Program-made: the position numbers and the translations under genes
The notes under the pieces: generated by a model
What the model saw: the letters and a program-made list of their open reading frames with translations, nothing else
The model's database searches: none
Told to the model about the DNA's origin: nothing
Origin: Rhodobacterales bacterium
GTDB lineage: Bacteria; Pseudomonadota; Alphaproteobacteria; Rhodobacterales; Rhodobacteraceae
NCBI GenBank assembly: GCA_043738565.1
Contig: JAYUGA010000323.1
Span: forward strand, 12,895-76,894
Length of the DNA stretch: 64,000 nt
Reading direction: 5' to 3'
Part shown: positions 30,097 through 39,732 of the stretch, in pieces
Numbering within the stretch: the stretch's first letter is position 1
How the letters are laid out: each line of letters opens with the position of its first letter

Positions 30097-31032
30097 TTAG
30101 AACCCCGCCATGACCGCCACCGCCGCGTCGTGGTCCAGTTCGCCACTGAGCAGCGCCCGCATCCCGCGCAGTGCCTCGGCGGCAAAGGCCATGAAACGGC
30201 GGACCCGCAGCAAATTATGCGCCTCTGGGGCGGCCAGGATCCACCACGGCGTGAACATGTCGGGCAGCGGCGCAAAACAACGCCGCACCTCCGGTTGCAG
30301 GTCGCCAACGAAGCTGGGCAAAATCCCGACCCCCAGCCCGGCCTTGATCATCCCGGCCATGTTCGGCACTGAATTGCTGGTGCCGACCGCATCCCCGGCC
30401 GCCGTCTGCGCCATGAAGATTTTCGACACCGCCAGTTGCGCAATCGCCGGCCCATAGCCGATCACCCGATGCCCGGCCACCTCTGCCAGTCCACCCGGCG
30501 CGCCATGCTTTGCGGCATAGGAATCGGCGCAATAGGCGGTCCAGTAGATATCCGGCAGGCCGATGCTGATCAGCGTATCGCCCTCCAGCACGCCGCCAGC
30601 GCGAAAGGCGATGTCGGCATCACCCTTGACCAGATCCAGCCGGTGTTCCGCCGAGATATAGTCGAACCGCACCTCGGGGTGCTGGCTGCGAAACCGCAGG
30701 GTCAGCGGCCCGACGAACAGCGCCATCATCACCTCGGGCGCGGTGATGCGGATCACGCCGCTCAGGTTGCGCTTGAGCCGCCCGGCTTCGCCGTCCACCA
30801 GCAGCGCCGCCGCCTCGACCTGCCGCGCATGGATCAACAGCGCCTCGGCCTCCGGCGTCAGATGGCTGCCCCTGGCACCGCGAAAAAACAGGCAGACCCC
30901 CAGCGCATGTTCGAGGGCGTCGATCCGCCGCGTCACCGTGGTCTGGTTCAGCCCCAAAGCCCTGGCCGCCGCCAGGGCCGACCCTTCCCGGGCCACCGCC
31001 AGAAATATCCGCAGATCATTCCAGTCGAACAT
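30097..31032 (-). CDS. LysR-family transcriptional regulator
   Basis: Start at the internal ATG (MFDWNDLRIFLAVAREGSALAAARALGLNQTTVTRRIDALE). Confidence 0.9.
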   Translation of the reverse strand: MFDWNDLRIFLAVAREGSALAAARALGLNQTTVTRRIDALEHALGVCLFFRGARGSHLTPEAEALLIHARQVEAAALLVDGEAGRLKRNLSGVIRITAPEVMMALFVGPLTLRFRSQHPEVRFDYISAEHRLDLVKGDADIAFRAGGVLEGDTLISIGLPDIYWTAYCADSYAAKHGAPGGLAEVAGHRVIGYGPAIAQLAVSKIFMAQTAAGDAVGTSNSVPNMAGMIKAGLGVGILPSFVGDLQPEVRRCFAPLPDMFTPWWILAAPEAHNLLRVRRFMAFAAEALRGMRALLSGELDHDAAVAVMAGF

Positions 31033-31138
31033 CGCAGCCTCCGCTCTGCATATTTGCATACCAGAACCCCATCATGCCGGATAGTCCCGCGCCGCCCCTG
31101 GCCGCATCCTTGCCCTACCAACCCTTAGGGAGGATCCC

Positions 31139-32026
31139 ATGAATATCCCGGTCAAGACCCGCGAAATGCACAACCATCATTTCGACAGCACCATGTGGAA
31201 CGGCTTTGCCTTCCGCGATGACGATGTGATCATCGCGTCCTATGCCAAATGCGGCACCACCTGGACCCAGCAGATCATCGCCCAACTGCTGTTTGACGGC
31301 GCCACCGATCAGGCCGTTGGCGAGATGTCGCCCTGGGTCGATCTGCGGGTGCCGCCGCGCGAGGTGAAACTTCCGGCGATCGAGGCGCAAAGCCACCGGC
31401 GCTTCCTGAAAACCCACTTGCCGGTCGATGCGCTGGTGTTCTCGCCCAAGGCCAAATACATCTATGTCGCCCGCGATGGCCGCGACGTGGTGTGGAGCAT
31501 GTTCAACCATCATCTGAACGCCAACGACCACTGGTATGGCGCATTGAACGACACCCCCGGCCTTGTCGGCCCCAAGCTGGAACGCCCGGTCACCGATCCG
31601 GTGCAATATTTCCGTGACTGGCTGGCGCGTGACGGCCATCCGTTCTGGCCGTTCTGGGAAAACGTCCGCTCGTGGTGGGCCTTGCGCAACCGCGACAACC
31701 TCCACCTTGTCCACTTCGCCGACCTCAAGCGCGATATGGAGGGCGAGATCCGCCGCATCGCCGCCTTCCTGGATGTGCAGCCCAAAAATTGGGACGCCAT
31801 TCTGGAACATTGCTCATTCGACTATATGAAAGCCCACGCTGCCGCCTCGGCCCCGTTGGGCGGGGCGTTCTGGGAAGGCGGGGCGGAAACCTTCATCAAC
31901 AAAGGCACCAATGGCCGCTGGCAGGGCTTGCTGACCAGCGAAGACATCGCCGCCTATGAGGCCCGTGCCCTGGCCGAACTGGGGCCGGAGTGCGCCGCCT
32001 GGCTGGCCTCGGGCCGGAGGGGCTGA
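31139..32026 (+). CDS. Sulfotransferase-domain protein
   Basis: 295 aa. The PAPS 5'-phosphosulfate-binding loop is YAKCGTTWTQQII and the 3'-phosphate region is YVARDGRDVVWS. Confidence 0.85.
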   Translation: MNIPVKTREMHNHHFDSTMWNGFAFRDDDVIIASYAKCGTTWTQQIIAQLLFDGATDQAVGEMSPWVDLRVPPREVKLPAIEAQSHRRFLKTHLPVDALVFSPKAKYIYVARDGRDVVWSMFNHHLNANDHWYGALNDTPGLVGPKLERPVTDPVQYFRDWLARDGHPFWPFWENVRSWWALRNRDNLHLVHFADLKRDMEGEIRRIAAFLDVQPKNWDAILEHCSFDYMKAHAAASAPLGGAFWEGGAETFINKGTNGRWQGLLTSEDIAAYEARALAELGPECAAWLASGRRG

Positions 32027-32146
32027 GGCACTTGAGTTCTGGCGAGCGTCGGCCTGTCGCGGGCCGGCGCTTTGGTGGCACTTGCGCGGAGTGTCACAAA
32101 AGTTTCACCAAACCATGCCACAAGCGGGCAAAGCCAAAGGTGAGCC

Positions 32147-32638
32147 ATGCCCGAGCCCTATCACGTCCTGTTCCTGTGTACCGGCAATTCCGCCCGCTCG
32201 ATTCTGGCCGAGGCGATCCTGAACCGCGAAGGCACGGGCCGGTTTTTCGCCCATTCCGCAGGCTCGCAGCCCTCCGGCCAGCCCAATCCCTTTGCCATCA
32301 GCCTGCTTGCGCGGGAAGGTTTCGACACCGGTTTCGCCCGGTCCAAAAGCTGGGACGAATTTGCCACACCCGACGCGCCGAAACTCGGCTTTGTCTTCAC
32401 CGTCTGCGATTCTGCTGCCGCCGAGACCTGCCCCTACTGGCCCGGCCAGCCGATGACCGCCCATTGGGGCCTGCCCGACCCTGCGGCGGTTCAGGGCACT
32501 GCCGCCGAAAAGGCGCTGGCCTTTGCCGACACCTACCGGGCCCTGCTGCGCCGGATTCAGGCGTTCTGCGCCCTGCCGCTGGCGACGATTGACGCCCTCA
32601 GCCTGAAAGCCCATCTCAAGGACATCGGCACCAGATGA
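32147..32638 (+). CDS. arsC: Arsenate reductase, LMW-phosphatase type
   Basis: 163 aa with the P-loop VLFLCTGNSARS and downstream Cys residues (TVCDSAAAETCPYW). Confidence 0.85.
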   Translation: MPEPYHVLFLCTGNSARSILAEAILNREGTGRFFAHSAGSQPSGQPNPFAISLLAREGFDTGFARSKSWDEFATPDAPKLGFVFTVCDSAAAETCPYWPGQPMTAHWGLPDPAAVQGTAAEKALAFADTYRALLRRIQAFCALPLATIDALSLKAHLKDIGTR

Positions 32639-33291
32639 ACGCGCGCGCCTTGGCGGCCGAGGCGCTGGGCACCTGCCTGCTGGTCACCGCCGTCGTAGGC
32701 TCCGCCATCATGGCGCAGAATCTGACGCCGGATGGCGGGGTGCTGCTGTTGGCCAATGCCATCGCCACCGGGGCGGCGCTGCTGGTGCTGATCACGCTCT
32801 TTGCGCCGATCTCCGGCGCACAGTTCAACCCCGCCGTCAGTCTGATCCTCGCCCTGCGGCGCCAAATCCCCTGGACCGCCTGTGCCGCCTTCATCCTTGC
32901 GCAAAGCGGGGGCGGTGTTGCCGGAACCCTGCTGACCCATGCGATGTTCGAGTTGCCGCTCTGGCAGACCTCGAGCCATATCCGCAGCGGAGGGGCGCAA
33001 TATCTGGCGGAGGGGGTGGCGACGTTTGGTCTGATCCTGACCATTCTGGGCGGACAGGCCCGCGGTGCCAACATCGCCGTGCTGGTTGCCAGCTACATCA
33101 CCGCCGCCTACTGGTTCACCGCCTCGACCAGTTTCGCCAATCCGGTCATGGCCTTGGCGCGGTCGCTGACCGACACGCCCTCCGGCATCCGCCCCGCCGA
33201 CGCGCCCGCCTTCGTGCTGGCGGAACTTGCAGGGGCGGTGCTGGCGATGGCACTGAGCGGCTGGCTGTTCCGCAGCCCGGATCAGACCTGA
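32635..33291 (+). CDS. aqpS: MIP/aquaporin-family channel (AqpS-like, probable arsenite channel)
   Basis: 218 aa with two NPA boxes (GAQFNPAVS and SFANPVMALAR). It is translationally coupled to arsC (ATGA). Confidence 0.8.
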   Translation: MNARALAAEALGTCLLVTAVVGSAIMAQNLTPDGGVLLLANAIATGAALLVLITLFAPISGAQFNPAVSLILALRRQIPWTACAAFILAQSGGGVAGTLLTHAMFELPLWQTSSHIRSGGAQYLAEGVATFGLILTILGGQARGANIAVLVASYITAAYWFTASTSFANPVMALARSLTDTPSGIRPADAPAFVLAELAGAVLAMALSGWLFRSPDQT

Positions 33292-34091
33292 TCGACCCGG
33301 TCGGTCCAGATCTGGAACTTCTGCAACACATGCGGCCCGAAGGAATGGATCAGCGGCACATCCGCTGCATCGCGCCCGTAAGCCACGACCAAGCGCCCGA
33401 TCCGGGGCTTGTTGTTGCGCGGATCAAAGGTGTGCCAGGCGCCGTCCAGATAGACCTCCATCCAGGCCGCGAAATCCATCGGCCCGGTGACCGGCACCCC
33501 GATATCGCCCAGATAGCCATTCACATAACGGGTCGGAATGTTCATGCAGCGGCACAGCGTGATCGCCAGATGGGCGAAATCGCGGCAGACCCCGGTGCCT
33601 TCCTGCCAGCCCTCGTAAGCGGTGCGGGTGACGCGGGCGTTCATGTAGTTGAAGCGGATGTGGTTGTGGACATAATCGCAAATCGCCTGCACCCGCTGCC
33701 AGCCGGGCGCGGTCTGGCCGAACCTGTCCCAGGCGAACTGGCTCAGCTTGTCCGTCTCGCAATAGCGGCTGCCCAGAAGGTAGATCAGCACATCATCGGG
33801 CAGTTGGGCGATCGGGGTTTCCGGCAGCCAGGACAGCACCGGGTCGGACTGATCCGAGCTTTCAATCGTGCAATCGCTGCGCAGGCTGAACAAGCCGGCG
33901 GGTGCCACGCAGCGACGGCAGGTATTGCCGAATTGGTCGCGGTAGGCGGTGGTCGGCACTGCGGGAATCGTGGCGATCCCGACTTGCAGCCGCAGATCAT
34001 CGCGCCGCTCGTCGCGCACCTCCATCATGCAGACCATCGGCGTCTCTTGGGTGCAGGAAACCGTGATGTCGTAACCGTAGCGGATGAGCAT
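33282..34091 (-). CDS. Transglutaminase-family protein
   Basis: 269 aa with the transglutaminase core Cys motif GTGVCRDFAHL. Confidence 0.85.
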   Translation of the reverse strand: MLIRYGYDITVSCTQETPMVCMMEVRDERRDDLRLQVGIATIPAVPTTAYRDQFGNTCRRCVAPAGLFSLRSDCTIESSDQSDPVLSWLPETPIAQLPDDVLIYLLGSRYCETDKLSQFAWDRFGQTAPGWQRVQAICDYVHNHIRFNYMNARVTRTAYEGWQEGTGVCRDFAHLAITLCRCMNIPTRYVNGYLGDIGVPVTGPMDFAAWMEVYLDGAWHTFDPRNNKPRIGRLVVAYGRDAADVPLIHSFGPHVLQKFQIWTDRVDQV

Positions 34092-34359
34092 GGGGAATCC
34101 TTTGGCAGGGCCGCTGGGGCCGACAGGTTCAGCTAAGGCCGGAACGCCCCGCCCCGCGCGATAAATGCGGATGCGCGGCCCAGAAAGCCGGAATTGTCAC
34201 CAGTGCGGGCAGCAAGGTGCCATCTTTTCAGGCTTTCAGCGCCGCCAGAACCGCCCCGGGCCTTCGGTTTCGGACCCCGTCCCTTCGGTCGGGGACAAGT
34301 GCCCGCCCGGAAACGCACCACAAGATTCCAAGTCGGCTTCCGCGATCAGATCGGCAATG

Positions 34360-34548
34360 TCACGCGCTGCCCTTGTGCTCTGGCAGACCTTTGAGCTTGG
34401 TCGATGCGAGATCCTCGAGTTGCTTTTCGGTCATCGAATCGACCATTTCCCTGGATGCGCCTTTCAACGACGATTTCTTGCTCTCGCCGCGCTTTGCCGA
34501 CAAGGCCGCGCCCGCCGCCTTTTGCTGGGCCTTGGATCGTGCTGGCAT
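34360..34548 (-). CDS. Small basic DUF3008-like protein
   Basis: 62 aa (MPARSKAQQKAAGAALSAKRGE...), a pattern I recall for DUF3008. Confidence 0.6.
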   Translation of the reverse strand: MPARSKAQQKAAGAALSAKRGESKKSSLKGASREMVDSMTEKQLEDLASTKLKGLPEHKGSA

Positions 34549-34794
34549 GATCTGCTCCGTCCTTTAGCCGTGGCGCTGGATGCCACCAGTGGATAAAGCC
34601 CGACACCGTGGAAATTGTTCCGTCTAGCCCGCGCTTTTCTCGCCAAATGTGATCGCCCATGCAACGCCGGCTCGCCCAAGCGGCAGGCCGGTGGCTGCCA
34701 AGCGCAAAGAAAAACCCCCACCCTTCACAGGACGGGGGCAATTCGGTGGGGCCACAATCTTGCGAAAGTTTGGCCCCCAGCTTACGCTAACGGC

Positions 34795-35001
34795 TTAAAG
34801 ACCGCCTTCACGCTGAAGCTTTTTCCGGGCGAGTTTCCTCGCGCGGCGCACGGCTTCGGCTTGTTCGCGGGCTTTCTTGACCGACGGTTTCTCGAAATGT
34901 TGCTTGAGCTTCATTTCGCGGAACACGCCTTCGCGCTGCAGCTTTTTCTTCAAAGCCCGCAGAGCCTGTTCGACGTTATTGTCGCGGACGCTGACCTGCA
35001 T
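34795..35001 (-). CDS. rpsU: 30S ribosomal protein S21
   Basis: 68 aa ([31 protein letters not shown]...). Confidence 0.95.
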   Translation of the reverse strand: MQVSVRDNNVEQALRALKKKLQREGVFREMKLKQHFEKPSVKKAREQAEAVRRARKLARKKLQREGGL

Positions 35002-35106
35002 GTGGTTGTCACCACCTTCCTAGGTTAAAGTTGCACTGATGTGCAGGCCCGTGGCCCATAGCAAAGCCGCCCCGCCTTGTCTACCAATCCCGTGGAAGGA
35101 GCCGTG

Positions 35107-35790
35107 ATGGACCCCGAAAACACCATGCAAGCCGCCAAAACCCGGCTTCTGGAGGCAGCATTGCCGCATGTGCCCTTTGACGGCTGGTCGGACGCCACCC
35201 TCAAGGCCGCCATCGCCGATTCGCAAACCGCCCCCGGCCTCGCCCGCGCCCTGTTCCCGCGCGGCGGCGTCGACCTTGCGCTCGCCTATCACCGACAGGG
35301 CGATGCGCAGATGGGCGAGGCGCTGCAAGCGACCGATCTGGCTGCCCTGCGCTTCCGCGACCGCATCGCCACCGCCATCAAGCTGCGCCTTGCCCAGGCC
35401 GACCGCGAAGTCCTGCGCCGGGGGGCCGCCCTGTTCGCCTTGCCGCAACATGCCGGCGATGGTGCCAAGGCGATCTGGGGCACGGCGGATGCGATCTGGT
35501 CCGCTTTGGGCGACACGTCGAACGACCTGAACTGGTACACCAAACGCGCCAGCCTGTCGGTGGTTTATGGCGCGACGGTGCTGTACTGGCTGGGCGATGA
35601 CAGCCCGGATCATCAGGCAACCTGGAATTTCCTCGACCGCCGCATCGAAAACGTGATGCGTTTCGAGAAAACCAAGGCCGCCTGCCGCGAAAACCCGCTG
35701 GGAAAGGCACTTTTGGCCGGTCCCCTGAAGGTTCTGGAAAGACTTCATGCGCCAAAAGGGCAGCACGATCTTCCCGGCCACGCGCAATAG
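35107..35790 (+). CDS. COQ9-family (ubiquinone biosynthesis-associated) protein, divergent from rpsU
   Basis: Start chosen at ATG 35107 because AAGGAG lies 5 nt upstream. The ORF track starts at 35077. The conserved feature is RLLEAALPHVPFDGWS. Confidence 0.75.
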   Translation: MDPENTMQAAKTRLLEAALPHVPFDGWSDATLKAAIADSQTAPGLARALFPRGGVDLALAYHRQGDAQMGEALQATDLAALRFRDRIATAIKLRLAQADREVLRRGAALFALPQHAGDGAKAIWGTADAIWSALGDTSNDLNWYTKRASLSVVYGATVLYWLGDDSPDHQATWNFLDRRIENVMRFEKTKAACRENPLGKALLAGPLKVLERLHAPKGQHDLPGHAQ

Positions 35791-35801
35791 AAAGCCCGAA
35801 G

Positions 35802-36794
35802 ATGACCCTGTCCCACGCCATGCTCGCAATGGAAATCGTCAGCCCCGGCGGGCCGGAGGTCCTGAAACCTTGCTCGGTGCCGGTGCCGGTGCCCGGCCAC
35901 GGCCAGATCATTATCCGCGTGGCCTATGCCGGGGTGAACCGGCCCGACGCCCTGCAACGCGCCGGGGCCTATGCGCCGCCCGCCGGAGCCTCGCCGCTGC
36001 CGGGGCTGGAGGCGTCGGGCACCGTGGTGGAAACGGGGCCGGGCGTCAGCCGCTGGCAGATCGGCGACAAGGTCTGCGCCCTCTTGCCGGGCGGCGGCTA
36101 TGCCGAATATGCCGCCTGCAACGCCCACCACGCCCTGCCGGTCCCGGCGGGCACCTCGCTGCGCGACGCGGCCTGCCTGCCCGAAACCTGCTTCACGGTC
36201 TGGTCCAACCTGGTCATGCGCGGCGGCCTGAAAGCGGGCGAACGCCTGCTGGTCCACGGCGGCACCTCTGGCATCGGCACCACGGCCATCCAGATCGCCC
36301 GCGCTCTGGGGGTCGCTGTTTTCGCCACCGCAGGCAGCGACGCCAAGGCCCGCGCCTGCGAAACCCTGGGGGCCAGCCGCGGCATCAATTACCAGGCCGA
36401 GGACTTCGCCGACATCCTGCGCAGGGTCGGCGGCGCCGATGTCATCCTCGACATGGTCGGCGGGGCCTATATCCAGCAGAACCTCAAGGCGCTGGCCGAT
36501 GATGGCCGCCTGGTGCAGATCGCCTTCCTGCAAGGCGCTACCGCTTCGGTCAATTTTACCGAACTGATGACCCGCCGCCTGACCCTGACCGGCTCCACCC
36601 TGCGCCCGCAAAGCGACCTCGCCAAAGCCCGCATCGCGGCAGAGGTCGAACGCCACGTCTGGCCGATGATCGCCAGCGGGGCCGTCAAAGTGGTGCATGA
36701 CAGCGAATACCCCCTGCACGAAGCCCCCGCCGCCCATTGGCGGATCGAGGCCCCCGGCCATATCGGCAAAATCGTGCTGAAGGTGGAGGGATAG
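35802..36794 (+). CDS. qor: NAD(P)H:quinone oxidoreductase (zinc-independent MDR family)
   Basis: 330 aa with AGVNRPD, LVHGGTSGIGTTAIQIA and a C-terminal GKIVL. Confidence 0.85.
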   Translation: MTLSHAMLAMEIVSPGGPEVLKPCSVPVPVPGHGQIIIRVAYAGVNRPDALQRAGAYAPPAGASPLPGLEASGTVVETGPGVSRWQIGDKVCALLPGGGYAEYAACNAHHALPVPAGTSLRDAACLPETCFTVWSNLVMRGGLKAGERLLVHGGTSGIGTTAIQIARALGVAVFATAGSDAKARACETLGASRGINYQAEDFADILRRVGGADVILDMVGGAYIQQNLKALADDGRLVQIAFLQGATASVNFTELMTRRLTLTGSTLRPQSDLAKARIAAEVERHVWPMIASGAVKVVHDSEYPLHEAPAAHWRIEAPGHIGKIVLKVEG

Positions 36795-36805
36795 TCCCTA
36801 AAGTC

Positions 36806-36863
36806 TTCCGCCTTTCACATTGGCGCAAATATCCCCGGGGGTCCGGGGGTGGGAAACCCCCGG
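36806..36863 (+). repeat. Intergenic repeat family copy (box plus 8-bp G/C hairpin)
   Basis: The 22-mer CACATTGGCGCAAATATCCCCG (36816-36837) is identical to 50019-50040. The hairpin is CCGGGGGT-GGGAA-ACCCCCGG (36843-36863). Confidence 0.8.
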
Positions 36864-36979
36864 CGCTGTCCGCAGGCGCACGCATCAAAATCGACGGGCA
36901 ACCCCAAAACCCGCACCGCCTGAGCCGCTCCGGCCCTTCGCCGGAGCGGCGAGGCATAGACTCGCCCCGCAGGGGTCCG

Positions 36980-37930
36980 TCAGATTACGCCGCGCGGTGC
37001 CGCCGCCCGCCGCAGCCGGTCGTTGATCGCGCGGCCCAAGCCAATCTCCGGCACCGGCGCCACCGCAATCCCGCGCCCGGCCGCCAGCGCATCCGCCTGC
37101 CGCAGCAGGTGGAACAGGTTCGCGGCCGCCTCGACCAGATCGCCCGAGGCTGACAGGTTCAGATCACACACCCCCGCCCCGAACCCCAGCCGCACCTCAC
37201 CCGCCCGGACATCCACCGCCGCCAGCCGCACCGCCGACACCGGCGCGTAATGCGACGCCAACTGCCCCGGCGCGTTGGGCCGCTCGGCACTCCCGCCCAG
37301 CGGCAGCGACCACCCCAGCACCGCCTCCAGCGCCTCGACCGCCACCCCGCCGGGGCGCAGCAATTGCGGGCGGTCCACCAGCCCCAGAATCGTCGATTCC
37401 ACCCCAACCGCACAAGCACCACCGTCCAGCACCGCCGCAATCCGCCCGGCCAACCCGTCCAGCACATGGCCGGCCCGCGTCGGCGACACCCGCCCCGACG
37501 GATTGGCCGAGGGTGCCGCCAATGGCCCGCCGAATTCCCGCAACAGCGCCTGCGCCAGCGGATGCGCGGGCACGCGCAAAGCCACCGACCCAAGTTCCGC
37601 CGTCACCAGCGCCGACAATCCCGCCTCCCGCAACGGCAGCACCAGCGTCAGCGGCCCCGGCCAGAACTGTGCGGCCACCGCCTCGGCCCGGGCATCGAAC
37701 ACCGCGAACTCCCGTGCCGCCGCAAGGTCCGGCACATGCACGATCAGCGGGTTGAACCGGGGCCGCGCTTTGGCCGCGAATATCCGCGCCACCGCCAGAT
37801 CGGAGCGCGCATCGCCGCCCAGCCCGTAAACCGTCTCGGTCGGAAAGGCGACCAATGCCCCTTGGCGCAGCAGCACCGCCGCCCGCACCACCCCCGCCGC
37901 GTCCGGCGCTATCAGCTCTGTCGTGATCAT
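36980..37930 (-). CDS. tsaC: L-threonylcarbamoyladenylate synthase (TsaC/Sua5 family, long form)
   Basis: Start at the internal ATG (MITTELIAP...). The YrdC motif is FPTETVYGLGGDA. A Sua5 C-terminal domain is present. Confidence 0.9.
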   Translation of the reverse strand: MITTELIAPDAAGVVRAAVLLRQGALVAFPTETVYGLGGDARSDLAVARIFAAKARPRFNPLIVHVPDLAAAREFAVFDARAEAVAAQFWPGPLTLVLPLREAGLSALVTAELGSVALRVPAHPLAQALLREFGGPLAAPSANPSGRVSPTRAGHVLDGLAGRIAAVLDGGACAVGVESTILGLVDRPQLLRPGGVAVEALEAVLGWSLPLGGSAERPNAPGQLASHYAPVSAVRLAAVDVRAGEVRLGFGAGVCDLNLSASGDLVEAAANLFHLLRQADALAAGRGIAVAPVPEIGLGRAINDRLRRAAAPRGVI

Positions 37931-38034
37931 GGCGTGACGCAGCGTCTTTCTTGCTGGCAACCCGCAGGGGGTTAACGATTTCTCCTGACCCGCCGCATAT
38001 CCTGCGGCCCCCGGTTTGCCAAGTCAGAGGCCCC

Positions 38035-39732
38035 ATGCCCTACCGCGCCCCCCTCGCCGATTTCCGCTTTCTGCTCGACCGCGTTTTGGGGTTTGCCGAG
38101 GTCACGGCGCAACCGCGCTTTGCCGATGCCACACCTGACACGGTGGACGCCATCCTGACCGAGGCGGGCAAACTGTGCGAATCCCTTGCCCCCCTGAACC
38201 GCGCCGGTGACAAGACCCCGGCGCGGCTGGAAAACGGCGTGGTGCGCTGTTCGCCCGGTTTCGCCCAAGGCTTCCGCGCCATCGCCTCCGGCGGCTGGAT
38301 CGGCATGGCCGCCAGCCCCGATCACGGCGGCATGGGCCTGCCGATGGCGCTGACCACCTGCGTCAATGACATGCTCGGCTCGGCCTGCCTTGCCCTGCAA
38401 CTCAACCCGCTGATGACGCAAGGCCAGATCGAGGCGCTGGAACACCACGCCAGCGCGGAAATCAAAACCCTCTACATCCCCAAGCTGATCGCCGGGGACT
38501 GGAACGGCACGATGAACCTGACCGAACCACAGGCAGGGTCGGATGTCGGGGCGCTGAAGACAAAAGCCAGCCCCAACAGTGATGGCACCTATGCCATCAC
38601 CGGGCAGAAAATCTTCATCACCTGGGCCGACAATGACTTTACCGCCAACACCTGCCACCTCGTCCTTGCCCGTCTGACCGGCGCGCCCGATGGAACCAAA
38701 GGCATCAGCCTGTTCATGGTCCCCAAACTGATTCCAGATGCCGCAGGCAACCCCGGCCTGCGCAACACCGTCAAGGTTGTCAGTCTGGAGCATAAGCTGG
38801 GCCTGCACGGCTCGCCGACCGCCGTCCTGCAATACGATGCGGCGACGGGCTGGCTGGTGGGCGAGGAAAACAAGGGCATGGCGGCGATGTTCACCATGAT
38901 GAACAACGCCCGCCTTGGCGTCGGCATGCAGGGCGTCGCGGTGGCAGAGGCGGCGTTTCAGCACGCGCTGGCCTATGCCCGCGACCGCAAACAGGGCCGC
39001 ACGCCGAACGGTGCCACCGGCATCATCGACCATGCCGATGTCCGCCGCATGCTGGCCGAGATGAAGGCCGAGGTCTTCGCCGCCCGCGCCATCGGCCTGG
39101 CCTGTGCCGTGGCCATCGACATGGCCCGCGCCACCCAAGATGCGCACTGGCAGGCCCGCGCCGCGTTGCTGACCCCCATCGCCAAGGCTTACGGCACCGA
39201 CAGCGGCAACCATGTCGCGCAACTGGGCATTCAGGTTCACGGCGGCATGGGCTTCATCGAGGAAACCGGTGCGGCGCAATTTGCCCGGGATGTGCGCGTC
39301 ACTTCGATCTACGAAGGCACCAACGGCATTCAGGCGATGGATCTGGTGGGCCGCAAGATGCTGGACGGTGGCGAGGCGGCGTTTCGGCTGATCGACGAAA
39401 TGCAGGACGCGGCAGAGGCCGCCCGCGACACGCTGCCCGACCTAGCCACTCCGCTGTGGAACGCGGCAGAGGCGCTGCGCGAGGCGACCGAAAGCCTGCT
39501 GGCCCAAGAGGCGCAGGACCGTTTTGCAGGCTCGGTTCCCTATCTGAACGCTTTTGCCCGGGTGCTGGGCAGCCATTACCACTTGATCGCCGCCGGGGCC
39601 GATCCCGCCCGCACACCCTTGGCCCGGTTTGCCATCCGCCGCCTGCTGCCGCAACACGCCGCCCTTCTGGCCCAGTCCCGCGAAGGAGCCGCCGGTCTGT
39701 ATGCCCTGACCGCCGAGGCGCTTGGGGCGTGA
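38035..39732 (+). CDS. Long acyl-CoA dehydrogenase (DmdC-like architecture)
   Basis: Start at ATG 38035 (MPYRAPLADFRFLL). It has the ACAD middle and C-terminal motifs (NLTEPQAGSDVG, IYEGTNGIQAMDL) plus an extra C-terminal domain. Confidence 0.85.
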   Translation: MPYRAPLADFRFLLDRVLGFAEVTAQPRFADATPDTVDAILTEAGKLCESLAPLNRAGDKTPARLENGVVRCSPGFAQGFRAIASGGWIGMAASPDHGGMGLPMALTTCVNDMLGSACLALQLNPLMTQGQIEALEHHASAEIKTLYIPKLIAGDWNGTMNLTEPQAGSDVGALKTKASPNSDGTYAITGQKIFITWADNDFTANTCHLVLARLTGAPDGTKGISLFMVPKLIPDAAGNPGLRNTVKVVSLEHKLGLHGSPTAVLQYDAATGWLVGEENKGMAAMFTMMNNARLGVGMQGVAVAEAAFQHALAYARDRKQGRTPNGATGIIDHADVRRMLAEMKAEVFAARAIGLACAVAIDMARATQDAHWQARAALLTPIAKAYGTDSGNHVAQLGIQVHGGMGFIEETGAAQFARDVRVTSIYEGTNGIQAMDLVGRKMLDGGEAAFRLIDEMQDAAEAARDTLPDLATPLWNAAEALREATESLLAQEAQDRFAGSVPYLNAFARVLGSHYHLIAAGADPARTPLARFAIRRLLPQHAALLAQSREGAAGLYALTAEALGA

